NCBI RefSeq assembly: GCF_018977255.1
Contig: NW_024704742.1
Coordinates: forward strand, 22,384,001 to 22,448,000
Direction: 5' to 3'
Source of the DNA: Callorhinchus milii
Lineage: Eukaryota
Length of the DNA stretch: 64,000 nucleotides
In this document: piece after piece, positions 1-11,879 of the stretch
How the letters are laid out: each line of letters opens with the position of its first letter
Numbering within the stretch: the first letter of the stretch is position 1
Notes under the pieces: generated by a model
The model's input: only the letters and a program-made list of their open reading frames with translations
What the model was told of the DNA's origin: nothing
The model's database searches: none
Translations under genes and position numbers: made by a program

Positions 1-114
1 TCTGTACAAGATGCAGAGATCAGCGGGCAGTGCGCAATCTGTGCAGCCCCAGAAGCTCCCCAAGAAGTAAACTTGTATTCTACCCATTAATTCCCAGCTT
101 CCCCAACTTTTTAC

Positions 115-657
115 CTCGCAGTGATTCCACCTACACGATTCATTTTCGACCTAATTTTGTCCTCCAGGAGTCCATCCAATCCATGGCAACTGTTTGGAAC
201 CCGTATCAGGTATTTGGCTTCCGTGCAATCCGTGGCCAGTATATGGTGACGATGCGAATCGTCTGGAATCTCTGCCACCCACGCATGGCGCCTGGAGTCC
301 TTGCGAGGCTTCTGGCATCCTTGAATTTTTTGTGAGGCATTTGTTCGTGTAAGGTGTCTGGCGTTCATGCTATTTTCATAAGATGGCTTGGGTCCATGCT
401 TGGCAGCTGGAGTCCGTACAGTCTCCACCCTTGCAGTCTGCACCAGAGGTTTATAGGCTGAGCGGTTCTTGTAAAACCCACGCGCGATGTCTGCAGTCAA
501 TGCCATACTCCTGGAGTCCGCACAGTCTACACGATGGGTCTGGAGTCTTCGCAAGGCAACAGTTTCAACTACACTGCTGGGGTCTGGGCTCCGTACTAGT
601 TGTTTGGAGGCCGCTCAGACAGGCTGAGGATCCTGGAGTCCGTGCAAAGAGCTGAAC
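115..657 (-). CDS. Putative 543-nt coding exon of an unidentified gene; one in-frame TGA at 615-617, internal ATG at 506
   Basis: On the minus strand: acceptor tgtttag|G at 658/657 (weak pyrimidine tract) and donor GAG|gtaaaa at 115/114. Length is 181x3 with phase 2 at both ends. The frame is open from 614 to the donor (MALTADIARGFYKNRSAYKPLV...LDGLLEDKIRSKMNRVGGITAR). CpG-rich versus the flanks; ATG 506 has Kozak context AGTATGG. Confidence 0.5.
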
Positions 658-679
658 CTAAACAGTTACTTTCGGATGC

Positions 680-885
680 TCCGACACAGCAACATAAGAG
701 AACACGAGTTTAGGATTGCAAAGACCAATGTCAGGACACAAAACAGAAAGTTTCCCTTTACTGTGAGGTTAATTCCCAACTGGAACAGGTTACTATTACG
801 GGTGGATGAGACCAGGACATTGGGGCAGCATCGGAAAAGGAGGAGGCCATTCAACCCCTCGAATTTTATGAGATCATTTCATGTT
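680..885 (+). mobile_element. Degenerate CR1 LINE 3' end
   Basis: Translation IREHEFRIAKTNVRTQNRKFPFTVRLIPNWNRL resembles the CR1 ORF2 C-terminal motif RGHxxKL...R...RKxFFTxRVVxxWNxLP. Confidence 0.65.
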
Positions 886-1213
886 CTGCTATTTTATTGG
901 GGGGGTTAGAGCACAAGAGCCCATTTTTTGGAAGGATGAGATCATATATAGGCAAAAGACCCCTTCTTCATCCAATCTTGTGATCCTGGGCGGAGTAACC
1001 GAAGACCACATTCTGTTGCAAGCAAAAGAGCGCAATAATGTCTGGCAATGGGATGGGTGGTGGGGGGGGTATTAGCCTGAGCTTCACAGAAGTAAATACT
1101 CTCATCTATCTACAAAAAAAAATCAGTCTTCAGGGGCGCAAACAAAAATATCAAACAAACGAGATGGTATTGCTTCAGCAGATGAGACAAACGAAATCAG
1201 TAAAGATGCAGCC

Positions 1214-1972
1214 TGTGTGTGTGTGTGTGTGTGTGAGTGTGTGAGTGAGTGAGTGTGAGTGAGTGTGCGTGTGTGTTCATGAGTGAGACCGAGTGAGTGT
1301 GTAAGTCAGTGTGTGAGTGGGTGTGAGAGTGAGTGAGTGTGTGAGTGTGTGAGTGTGTGTGTGAGTGTGTGAGTGAGTGTGAGTGAGTGTGTGAGTGTGA
1401 GTGAGTGTGTGAGTGAGAGTGTGAGTGAGTGTGAGTGTGTGAGTGAGAGAGTGTGAGTGTGTGAGAGAGTGTGTGTGAGTGAGAGAGTGTGAGTGAGTGT
1501 GAGTGAGTGTGTGTGTGTGAGAGTGAGTGTGAGAGTGTGTGAGTGAGTGTGTGAGAGTGTGAGTGAGTGTGTGAGTGAGAGAGTGTGAGTGAGTGTGTGA
1601 GTGAGAGTGTGTGAGTGAGTGTGTGAGTGAGTGTGTGTGAGAGTGTGTGAGTGAGAGAGTGTGAGTGTGAGTGTGTGAGTGAGAGTGAGTGAGTGTGTGA
1701 GTGAGTGAGTGAGTGCGTGTGTGAGAGTGAGTGAGTGTGAGAGTGTGTGAGAGAGTGTGAGTGAGTGTGAGTGAGAGTGTGTGTGTGAGTGAGTGTGTGA
1801 GTGAGTGAGTGTGTGAGTGAGAGAGTGTGAGAGAGTGTGTGTGAGTGAGAGTGTGTGAGTGAGTGTGTGAGTGTGTGAGTGAGTGTGAGAGTGAGTGAGT
1901 GTGTGTGTGTGAGTGTGTGAGTGAGTGAGTGAGTGTGAGTGTGAGAGTCAGTGAGTGTGTGAGTGAGTGTGT
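1214..1972. repeat. Compound (GT)n/(GAGT)n/(GTGA)n microsatellite
   Basis: About 760 bp made almost only of GT and GA dinucleotides. Confidence 0.98.
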
Positions 1973-2016
1973 ACACGGGTATACACAAAAAGACAAGTCA
2001 ACCACAGGACATCTAC

Positions 2017-2300
2017 CTGTAAAGCAGTCACTGGCTCCGGCCCCGGGAGGGAGGGAGGGAGGGGGAGGGAGCACAGACCCTGGTGATGGAGCAGTGCTTT
2101 CTCCCTGACGGTGCGGCACAGGCGCGACTTTTGAATTAATTGCAGCCGCTGTGCAGTTAGGACCCCCCTCCCCCTCCCCCCCCGGGGGGGCGGTGCGGGG
2201 ACAGGGCGGGGACGGGGCGAGGCCGCGCCGCGGGACCAGTGGCCATCCCCGCAGGTGCGTTTGAATGTCGCGCCGAGGGCAGAGCTCGAGGCACAAACCC
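2017..2300 (-). promoter_or_regulatory. CpG island, candidate promoter with non-coding first exon
   Basis: High GC and CpG density with GC boxes (gggcgg at about 2189 and 2204). Minus-strand donor ACAG|gtagat at 2017/2016; a plus-strand donor-like CAG|gtgcgt also occurs at 2254/2255. Confidence 0.6.
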
Positions 2301-2356
2301 GACTTCTCATTGCTCTACTGTTACTGTTTAAACACATCTGTACCTTAAACACCACC

Positions 2357-5300
2357 CGCACTGGGCCTCTCCCCCACTCACTGGGCCTCTCCCCCACACA
2401 CTGGGCCTCTCCCCCCACACACTGGGCCTCTCCCCCCACACACTGGGCCTCTCCCCCACACACACTGGGCCTCTCCCCCACACACTGGGCCTCTCCCCCC
2501 ACACACTGGGCCTCTCCCCCCACACACTGGGCCTCTCCCCCCACACTGGGCCTCTCCCCCACACACTGGGCCTCTCCCCCCACACACTGGGCCTCTCCCC
2601 CACACACTGGGCCTCTCCCCCCACTCCCCACACACTGGGCCTCTCCCCCCACCCCCCACACACTGGGCCTCTCCCCCCACACACTGGGCCTCTCCCCCCA
2701 CACACTGGGCCTCTCCCCCCCCCCCCACACACTGGGCCTCTCCCCCCCCCACACACTGGGCCTCTCCCCCCCCACACTGGGCCTCTCCCCCCACACACTG
2801 GGCCTCTCCCCCCACACACTGGGCCTCTCCCCCACACACTGGGCCTCTCCCCCACACACTGGGCCTCTCCCCCCCACCCCCCCCCCCACTGGGCCTCCCC
2901 CACACACTGGGCCTCTCCCCCACACACTGGGCCTCTCCCCCCACCCCCCACACACTGGGCCTCTCCCCCCACACACTGGGCCTCTCCCCCACACACTGGG
3001 CCTCTCCCCCACACACTGGGCCTCTCCCCCCCACACTGGGCCTCTCCCCCCACACTGGCCTCTCCCCCCCCCCCACTGGGCCTCTCCCCCCCCCACTGGG
3101 CCTCTCCCCCCCACTGGGCCTCTCCCCCCCACACTGGGCCTCTCCCCCCCCACACACTGGGCCTCTCCCCCCACACACTGGGCCTCTCCCCCCACACACT
3201 GGGCCTCTCCCCCACACACTGGCCTCTCCCCCACACACTGGGCCTCTCCCCCCCCACCCCCCCCCCACTGGGCCTCTCCCCCCCCCCACTGGGCCTCTCC
3301 CCCCACACACTGGGCCTCTCCCCCCACACACTGGGCCTCTCCCCCCACACACTGGGCCTCTCCCCCACACACTGGCCCTCCCCCACACACTGGGCCTCTC
3401 CCCCCCCACACACTGGGCCTCTCCCCCCACACACACTGGGCCTCTCCCCCCACACACTGGGCCTCTCCCCCCACACACTGGGCCTCTCCCCCCCCCCCCA
3501 CTGGGCCTCTCCCCCCACACACACTGGGCCTCTCCCCCACACACTGGGCCTCTCCCCCCCACACACTGGGCCTCTCCCCCCACACACTGGGCCTCTCCCC
3601 CACCCCCACACACTGGGCCTCTCCCCCCACACACACTGGGCCTCTCCCCCACACACTGGGCCTCTCCCCCACACACTGGGCCTCTCCCCCCACACACTGG
3701 GCCTCTCCCCCACCCGCACTGGGCCTCTCCCCCCACACACTGGGCCTCTCCCCCACACACTGGGCCTCTACCCCCCCCCACACACTGGGCCTCTACCCCC
3801 ACCCGCACTGGGCCTCTCCCCCACACACTGGCCTCTACCCACACCCCCCCCCCCCACACACACTGGGCCTCTCCCCCACACACTGGGCCTCTCCCCCCCC
3901 CGCACTGGGCCTCTCCCCCCACACACTGGGCCTCTCCCCCCACCCCCACACACTGGGCCTCTCCCCCACACACTGGGCCTCTCCCCCCACAGACTGGGCC
4001 TCTCCCCCCACACACTGGGCCTCTACCCCACCCCACACACACTGGGCCTCTACCCCACCCCACACACACTGGGCCTTTACCCCCACACACTGGGCCTCTC
4101 CCCCACACACTGGGCCTCTACCACCCACACACACTGGGCCTCTCCCACACACACTGGGCCTCTCCCCCCACACACTGGGCCTCTACCCCCACCCCCACAC
4201 ATACTGGCCTCTCCCCCCACACACTGGGCCTCTCCCCCCACAGACTGGGCCTCTCCCCCCACACACTGGGCCTCTACCCCACCCCCCACACACTGGGCCT
4301 CTACCCCCACACACTGGGCCTCTCCCCCCACCCCCACACACTGGGCCTCTACCCCACCCCACACACACTGGGCCTCTATCCCCACACACTGGGCCTCTCC
4401 CCCCCACACACTGGCCTACCCCACCCCACACACTGGGCCTTTACCCCCACACACTGGGCCTCTCCCCCACACACTGGGCCTCTACCCCACCCCACACACA
4501 CTGGGCCTCTACCCCCACACACTGGGCCTCTCCCCCCACCCCCCACACACTGGGCCTCTACCCCCACACACTGGGCCTCTACCCCCACACACTGGGCCTC
4601 TACCCCCCCCCCCCCACACACACTGGGCCTCTACCCCCCCCCCCCCACACTGGGCCTCTACCCCCCACACACACTGGGCCTCTACCCCCACACACTGGGC
4701 CTCTACACCCCCCCCCCCCCGCACTGGGCCTCTACCCCCACACACTGGGCCTCTACCCCACACACACTGGGCCGCTACCCCCACACACTGGGCCTCTCCC
4801 CCCACCCCCCACACACTGGGCCTCTCCCCCCCACACACACTGGGCCTCTCCCCCAACACACTGGGCCCTCTCCCCCCACACACGGGCCTTTACCCCCACA
4901 CACTGGGCCTCTCCCCCACACACACTGGGCCTCTACCCCACACACTGGGCCCTCTCCCCCACACACTGGGCCTCTACCCCACCCCACACACACTGGGCCT
5001 CTCCCCCCACACACTGGGCCTCTCCCCCCACACACTGGGCCTCTACCCCACCCCACACACACTGGGCCTCTCCCCCACACACTGGGCCTCTCCCCCCACA
5101 GACTGGGCCTCTACCCCCCCACACAACTGGGCCTCTACCCCACCCCCCACACACTGGGCCGCTATCCCCACACACTGGGCCTCTCCCCCCACACACTGGG
5201 CCTCTACCCCAACCCCCCCCACACACTGGGCCTTTACCCCCACACACTGGGCCTCTCCCCCCACACACTGGGCCTCTACCCCACCCCACACACACTGGGC

Positions 5301-6900
5301 CTCTACCCCCACACACTGGGCCTCTCCCCCACCCCCCACACACTGGGCCTCTACCCCCCACACACTGGGCCTCTACCCCCCCACACACTGGGCCTCTACC
5401 CCACCCCCCCCCCACACACACTGGGCCTCTACCCCCCCACACTGGCCTCTACCCCCACACACACTGGGCCTCTACCCCCACACACTGGGCCTCTACACCC
5501 CCCCACCCCCCCCCCCCGCACTGGGCCTCTACCCCCACACACTGGGCCTCTACCCCCCCCCCCCCCACACACACTGGGCCGCTACCCCCCCCCCCCCACA
5601 CACTGGGCCGCTACCCCCCCCCCACACACACTGGGCCTCTACCCCCACACACTGGGCCGCTACCCCCCCCACACACTGGGCCTCTACCCCACCCCCCACA
5701 CACTGGGCCGCTACCCCCCCATACACTGGGCCTCTACCCCACCCTCCCACACACTGGGCCGCTACCCCCACACACACACTGGGCCTCTACCCCCCACACA
5801 CACTGGGCCTCTACCCCCACCCCCTCTCCATACACTGGGCCTCTACTCCCCCCCCCCCCCCCCCGCACTGGGCCTCTACCCCCCACACACACTGGGCCTC
5901 TACCCCCCCCCCACACATACTGGGCCTCTACCCCCCCCCCCATACACTGGGCCTCTACCTCCCACACACACTGGGCCTCTAACCCCCCCCCCATACACTG
6001 GGCCTCTACCCCCCCCACACACACTGGGCCTCTACCCCCCCCCTCCCACACTGGGCCTCTACCCCCCCCACACTGGGCCTCTACCCCCCCCCACACTGGG
6101 CCTCTCCTGCCCCCCACACTGGGCCTCTCCCCCCCCACACACTGGGCCTCTCCCCCCCCACACACTGGGCCTCTCCCCCCCCCACACACTGGGCCTCTAC
6201 CCCCCCACACACTGGGCCTCTACCCCCCCCCACAAACTGGGCCTCTACCCCCCCCACACTGGGTCTCTACCCCCCCACTGGGCCTCTACCCCCACACACT
6301 GGGCCTCTACCCCCCCCACTGGGCCTCTACCCCCCCCACACTGGGTCTCTACCCCCCACTGGGCCTCTACCCCCCCCACACTGGGCCTCTACCCGCCCCC
6401 CCCCCACACTGGGCCTCTACCCCCCCACACTGGGTCTCTACCCCCCACTGGGCCTCTACCCCCCCCACACACTGGGCCTCTCCCCCCCACACACTGGGCC
6501 TCTCCCCCCCCACACACTGGGCCTCTACCCCCCCCCCCCACACTGGGCCTTTACCCCCCCACACACTGGGCCTCTACCCCCCCCACACACTGGGCCTCTA
6601 CCCCTCCCCACACTGGGTCTCTACCCCCCCACTGGGCCTCTACCCCCACACACTGGGCCTCTACCCCCCCCCACACTGGGTCTCTACCCCCCCACTGGGC
6701 CTCTACCCCCCCCCCCCACACTGGGTCTCTACCCGCCCCCCCCCCCACACAGGGCCTCTACCCCCCACACGCACTGGGCCTCTACCCCCCACACACTGGA
6801 TCTCTACCCCCCCACTGGGCCTCTACCCCCACACTGGGCCTCTACCCCCCCCCCCTCCCCCACACAGGGCCTCTACCCCCCACACTCTGGGCCTATCCCC
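2357..6900. repeat. C-rich minisatellite, unit about (CA)nCTGGGCCTCT(C/A)(C)n, 18-30 bp
   Basis: Roughly 200 tandem copies of ACACTGGGCCTCT followed by variable C runs; the CTCTC variant dominates on the left and CTCTA on the right. Confidence 0.98.
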
Positions 6901-8090
6901 CCCCCCACCCACCCACACTGGGCTCTGGTCTCTAACCCCCCACCACAACACTGGGCTCTGGGTCTCTAACCGCCCCTACACTGGGTTCTGGGTATCTAAC
7001 CCCCAACATTGGGCTCTGGGTCTCTAACCCCCACCCACACTGGGCTCTGGGTCTCTAACCCCCCCCCCCCAACACTGGGCTCTGGGTCTCTAACCCCCCA
7101 CCCCAACACTGGGCTCTGGGTCTCTAATCCCCTAACACTGGGCTCTGGGTCTCTAACCCCCCAACACTGGGCTCTAGGTCTCTAACCCCCCAACACTGGG
7201 CTCTAGGTCTCTAACCCCCCAACACTGGGCTCTGGGTTTCTAACTCCCAATACTGGCTTCTGGGTTTCTAACCCTCAATACTGGGCTCTGTGTTTCTACC
7301 TCCCCCCTCCCCCATACTACCCACTCTGTTTGTAAGCCCCCAATACTGTGCTTTGTGTTTCTACCCCCCCCCCCCCCCCCCACACACTTCAATACTACCT
7401 ATTTTGCTTCTAATCCCCTAATACTGGACTCTGGGTTTCTAACCCCCCCCCCCCCCCAATAATGGGCTCTGTGTTTCTGCCCCCCATCCCCATAATATCC
7501 ACTCTGTCTGTAAGCCCCCAATACTGGGCTCTGTGTTTCTACACCCCCCCTCTCAATAATACCTATTTACTTCTAATCCCCCAATAATGGGCTCTGGGTT
7601 TCCTACCACCAATACTGGGCTCTATGTTTCTAACGCCCCAATACAGGGCTCTTGGTTTCTAACCACCAATACTGAGGTCTGGGTTTCTAACCAACCCAAT
7701 ACTGGGCTCTGTGTTTCCCCTACCAGTACTGGGCTTTGGGTTTCTAACCACCCCCCAGTACTGGGCTCTGGGTTTCTGCCCCCGCGCCCCCAAAATGATG
7801 ATTGCATAAATTCATCCTCTATTGTGTTCCAGAAAGAAAACCAATCACCATCACTGATGGCCTCAGGTATCCAATCATGTGCACTGATGGCCTCACCAAT
7901 ATGGTCAGGGACAGAGCCCCAGCCCCAGTATTGTTGATCTGAGAACCCCAGCTCCAGTACTGAAGCCCAATTAACCTAACTCCCAGTATTGGGGGTCCTG
8001 GAAACCAAGCCTAATGCATTGATTTGCTAGAAATACAACACCACAGTATTGGAAGCCCTGGAAACTCAGCCTCATTATTGGAGACCCATC
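6901..8090. repeat. Degenerate older part of the same minisatellite
   Basis: Units drift from ACACTGGGCTCTGGGTCTCTAACCCC to AATACTGGGCTCTGTGTTTCTA; reverse-complement units (CCCAGTATTG) appear at about 7910-8090. Confidence 0.85.
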
Positions 8091-8250
8091 AGTTGCTGTG
8101 CGTTGGATTTCCATAACTTTATTATTGTCCTCTACCTCCAGGTAATTTGTGATTCTCCACACAGGTACAGTATTTTGTGATTATTTTCAACCCCCTACCC
8201 CCCATAATACAATAAACCATCAAGTGTACAAAAATAAATGAAGCACTCAC

Positions 8251-8303
8251 CCAATTTATGTTCCAAGGCCAGTCTGCTGAACTGTTCCATGAACCAACTT
8301 GAC
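8251..8303 (-). other. Possible 53-nt cassette exon
   Basis: Acceptor tttgattgacag| and donor |gtgagt; open on phase-2 entry (SSWFMEQFSRLALEHKL). No homology recognised. Confidence 0.3.
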
Positions 8304-8544
8304 CTGTCAATCAAACAGGTATGTGGATGTTCTGCTGCTGGAGAACATATGTCGGAGCAGAGGGTTTTCATTCAGCAGCTCACTCTGGAGCTAACGGCTG
8401 ATCTAACACAGAATTGGATCTAGGTGCTCCTGAGCTCAGAAATGCATTGGTTGGTTGCAATTTGCTTCAAGAAAAAGGCCCAATTCTCAAGACAGTGATA
8501 ATATAAATATACTGTCATTAAAACCTCAGCTGACCTCATTTTCA

Positions 8545-8800
8545 ATAATATTAATATTTGATGTAGCACCTTTCACCTCAGGAAGATCAAAACACTTCAC
8601 AGCATTTTACTGAAAGTGTAGTGACTACATATGTGATAGGCAAAATTTGTATACAGCAATTTCCCAACAAACAGCCATGAAGTGAATAAACAATTTTATT
8701 TGGGGGCTTGTTGGCCAAAATACCAGGAGAGACTCCTTTCAGTTTTTGAATAGTGCCATGGGATCTTTAAAGTCCACCTGAACAGGCAAGTAGATCTCAG
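8545..8800 (-). mobile_element. Old Deu-domain SINE fragment with L2-like tail
   Basis: tagtgccatgggatctttaaagtccacctgaacaggca is the reverse complement of the Deu domain. Confidence 0.75.
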
Positions 8801-10847
8801 GAGCAAGTTTTATATTCTCAATGCCTTTCATTAAGCATTAGATTAAGACAGCATTAGATCTGTAGACAGCATGAGCAAGAATACAGACATTGTGATGTAC
8901 ACAAACTGAATTTGTTGCGTCAATTGCAGCTTTCAGGTTGCGACCTCTCCTTTGTGAAACTCACAAATCCCAAGTCACCAACAGCCATATAAAATCCAGC
9001 AAACACAAGTGAGCAAAATTGACAGCTATTTTGCTTATCTATTTTTGACTCACGATTTCTAGGCCACACATTGCATTATGAATTTGACAAACTAAAAGTC
9101 AGAATTAAATCCCTTTGTTTGGTCTGAAGTTTACAACATTTATGCTCTAAAACAGATTTTCAAATGAAAAAACAGCATGTAAGTTTTTTAACCCATCAAT
9201 CATGAAAAATACTAATTAGAGGATAACAAATTTTAATTTGCTACATGTAATAAAATTGAAACATGAATAATACAATATTCAGAATGTTATTCCAACTACA
9301 AAAAAAAATAATCAGTTAAATGATGAGGAACAATTACATCCATCTATAAGATTACACCACAATTTTCATTTGGGAAGCATCATGGCATAAAACTGGTGCA
9401 AAAGTTACAGTATATAATATCAATCACACTCCAATTTGGCTGCTCCAACTCTGCCAAGATCCAGCAAAGTGGAACGGTAAAGTTTATAGACTATCCAGTT
9501 TAATAGCTGGAACAAACACAATACCCCAGAAGCCAATTGTCATTATGGCACAACAGAATTATGACCAAATTTTATTCAAAACAATGGTTGTGCAATTGGC
9601 TCTACGGTAATAATATTAGTCTATTGAACATTTCTATTTGACAGAAAGCTTTTAATTCCAGAATAAGCAAATTTTGATTCAGACCCACCTTATCTCTACC
9701 TACAGTGAGAGATAAATTCCTCAGCTCTTGAAGTCTGGGCTCCAGCAAAATGGCACTACAAAGCTCCACTCTAGTGACAATCCTAAAGAGATCCTACCTA
9801 AACTATGCTCAGGTTGTTTCTGACTTACAAATATTACAACTTAGACACATCTTAGAGACTCAAGTAAATATGACAGATGAAGATACTGTAGTTCTCATTT
9901 ATTATTAATATTGTTTATTTTATTGTCTAAAAATACTCCAAATTAACCTTGCATTAACATTGTTTGGTAACACTGAAAATCACACAGTAAGGACCACATT
10001 TGTATACACAAAGGAGGTTAACAATACTCTATAGTGTAAGGAAGAAGCTTGTGCTCCCAAGAACACAAACAAGACCGTTTTACATACCTAACTTGTTAAG
10101 ATCATTTTTATCATATAGACACAAACAGCTTTTAACCAGTCAACATTTATTTTCCATTACCAAAATAGTTGAATGATGAGCGCTCAAGCCTCTGTGCCTC
10201 GATGCACTCACTTGTCAGCAGAATTCATGGTCAAGAATGCACAGACCTGGTACCCCAGGTCGTGGGGGGCACATCCAGTTACAGAAATGCACCTTATTCC
10301 CTTTACACCACCTTCAGCACAGAACTCAATATTAAAAACTAGTCCACATTCATACAAAAAATGACCCTGAGATTTGCACAGGTGTGGTGAAGTCAGGTTG
10401 GTGATGAGGAACTCAGCAGTGTGTAGGCTGCATGGAGAGCTCGAATGGCTGGCGTCTCCGGAGAAATAACTGTAGTTATACTTCTCTCCCTCAACATCAG
10501 TGCTCAGATTTTGGGTTCTCAGGCTCCCTGACACACCAGGCCATGGAGATACCCAGGATATTTCCAGGTACAGAAACATAACACCCATTATCCCTTAATA
10601 CCACCTTCACCACAGACCTGACTTTCCAGACCTCCAATAATCATCAAACCTTCTGCTGAGCAAGTGTCATTCTTTTACTCTCTTCCGCTTTTTAAAAGTC
10701 ATTTTCGTTATATTGTTTTTCAGCTACAATTTATATGAAAAATTAAAATGGTTATTTTGGACATATAAAATTAAGATAACAGGTTTGGATATGTGACAGC
10801 ATAAAGGTGGTTTATAGTCTAAATCTTCTTGTATCTATAATCTGTCT

Positions 10848-11324
10848 TCTATACTAATAAAACAACAATGTCTGTCTGCGCTTCAAGAAGGATCTCAATA
10901 ACCGATTGACTTAGAGACATGATTTATACCTCATTGGAAAGATTTTACATCTGGGAGTGACATGGGCATATTGGGGTCACCAAGTCAAAGTGGCGCTGCG
11001 GCAGCGAGGGTTACAAAGCACCTACACTGCAGTAACACCTGGTGCCCGCGCCGGCTGACCGTAGTGCTATAGCATCCCGCATCACAGAGCACGCACATAG
11101 CCAAGTGGCGGGAACAAAGTAAAGAACACTGACGAAGCTAAGCCGCAGAAACATCAACAAAATTACATTCTTAAAGTACTGAGTCCTCCCAAAAGGAATC
11201 CACCCACAGGAGTCCTCCAGATGAGTGTAAAGATGAAATGTCTGTCTGTGTGTTGTCTGTATGTCAATCTACATTCCATATTGGATCCTTTAGTTGCAAG
11301 CAAAGCTGCAACGGGTACAACTAG
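10848..11324 (+). mobile_element. Non-autonomous Helitron, about 480 bp
   Basis: 5' end TCTATACTAATAAAA (alternative start after an A at 10834). 3' hairpin gttgcaagc-aaa-gctgcaac (11293-11312) followed by gggtacaaCTAG and then T. No TSD. Confidence 0.8.
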
Positions 11325-11879
11325 TTAAGCTATAAAGGGGCCTTCTCCGAAATAATATTTCTTCCGGTGATTTTTACTTGGTTATTAGCACCACCTATAT
11401 TTTACAAACACATATGGAAAACTAAATTAATATTTTCCCAGGATATTGCACATGTTTTGTACAAAGGGTAGCATTTCTACAGTATTTACTTTGAGAATTT
11501 GACAGTTTAGCAGTGAGCAGAAGAAAATAAAAGTCGGCAATGTAAATAAATAATAATAATAATCCTTATATTTGATATAGTGCCATAACCATGTTTTGCC
11601 TGAATAGCTGTCCATGTTTTGAATACAAGGATAAATTTATTGTAACAAGCTTTGGATTACCCCATTATGCAGTTTGGATAAAATTGATTTGTAACACTTA
11701 GTATATGTAAATGTGGTTTATGGATTGTGATATTGAGTAATGGAATTGGATTTTAGCAGCGATGACTAAAGGCACTTTAGTGGAGGAAGTGTAGCTTTAT
11801 CCAGTGTAATTAAACTATTTAAAAGTCAGTATATTGCAAATTCCATTCTCATTACTGCAGTGATCAATGGATCTCATAT

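Noticed and set aside
1197..2296. His/Thr/Leu/Ser-rich ORFs
   Set aside because: Translation of the GT/GA microsatellite.
2255..7027. 1590-aa Pro/His/Thr ORF and the many overlapping Gly/Val/Cys-rich reverse ORFs
   Set aside because: Translations of a minisatellite lacking stop codons; unit lengths vary freely, so the frame is not preserved.
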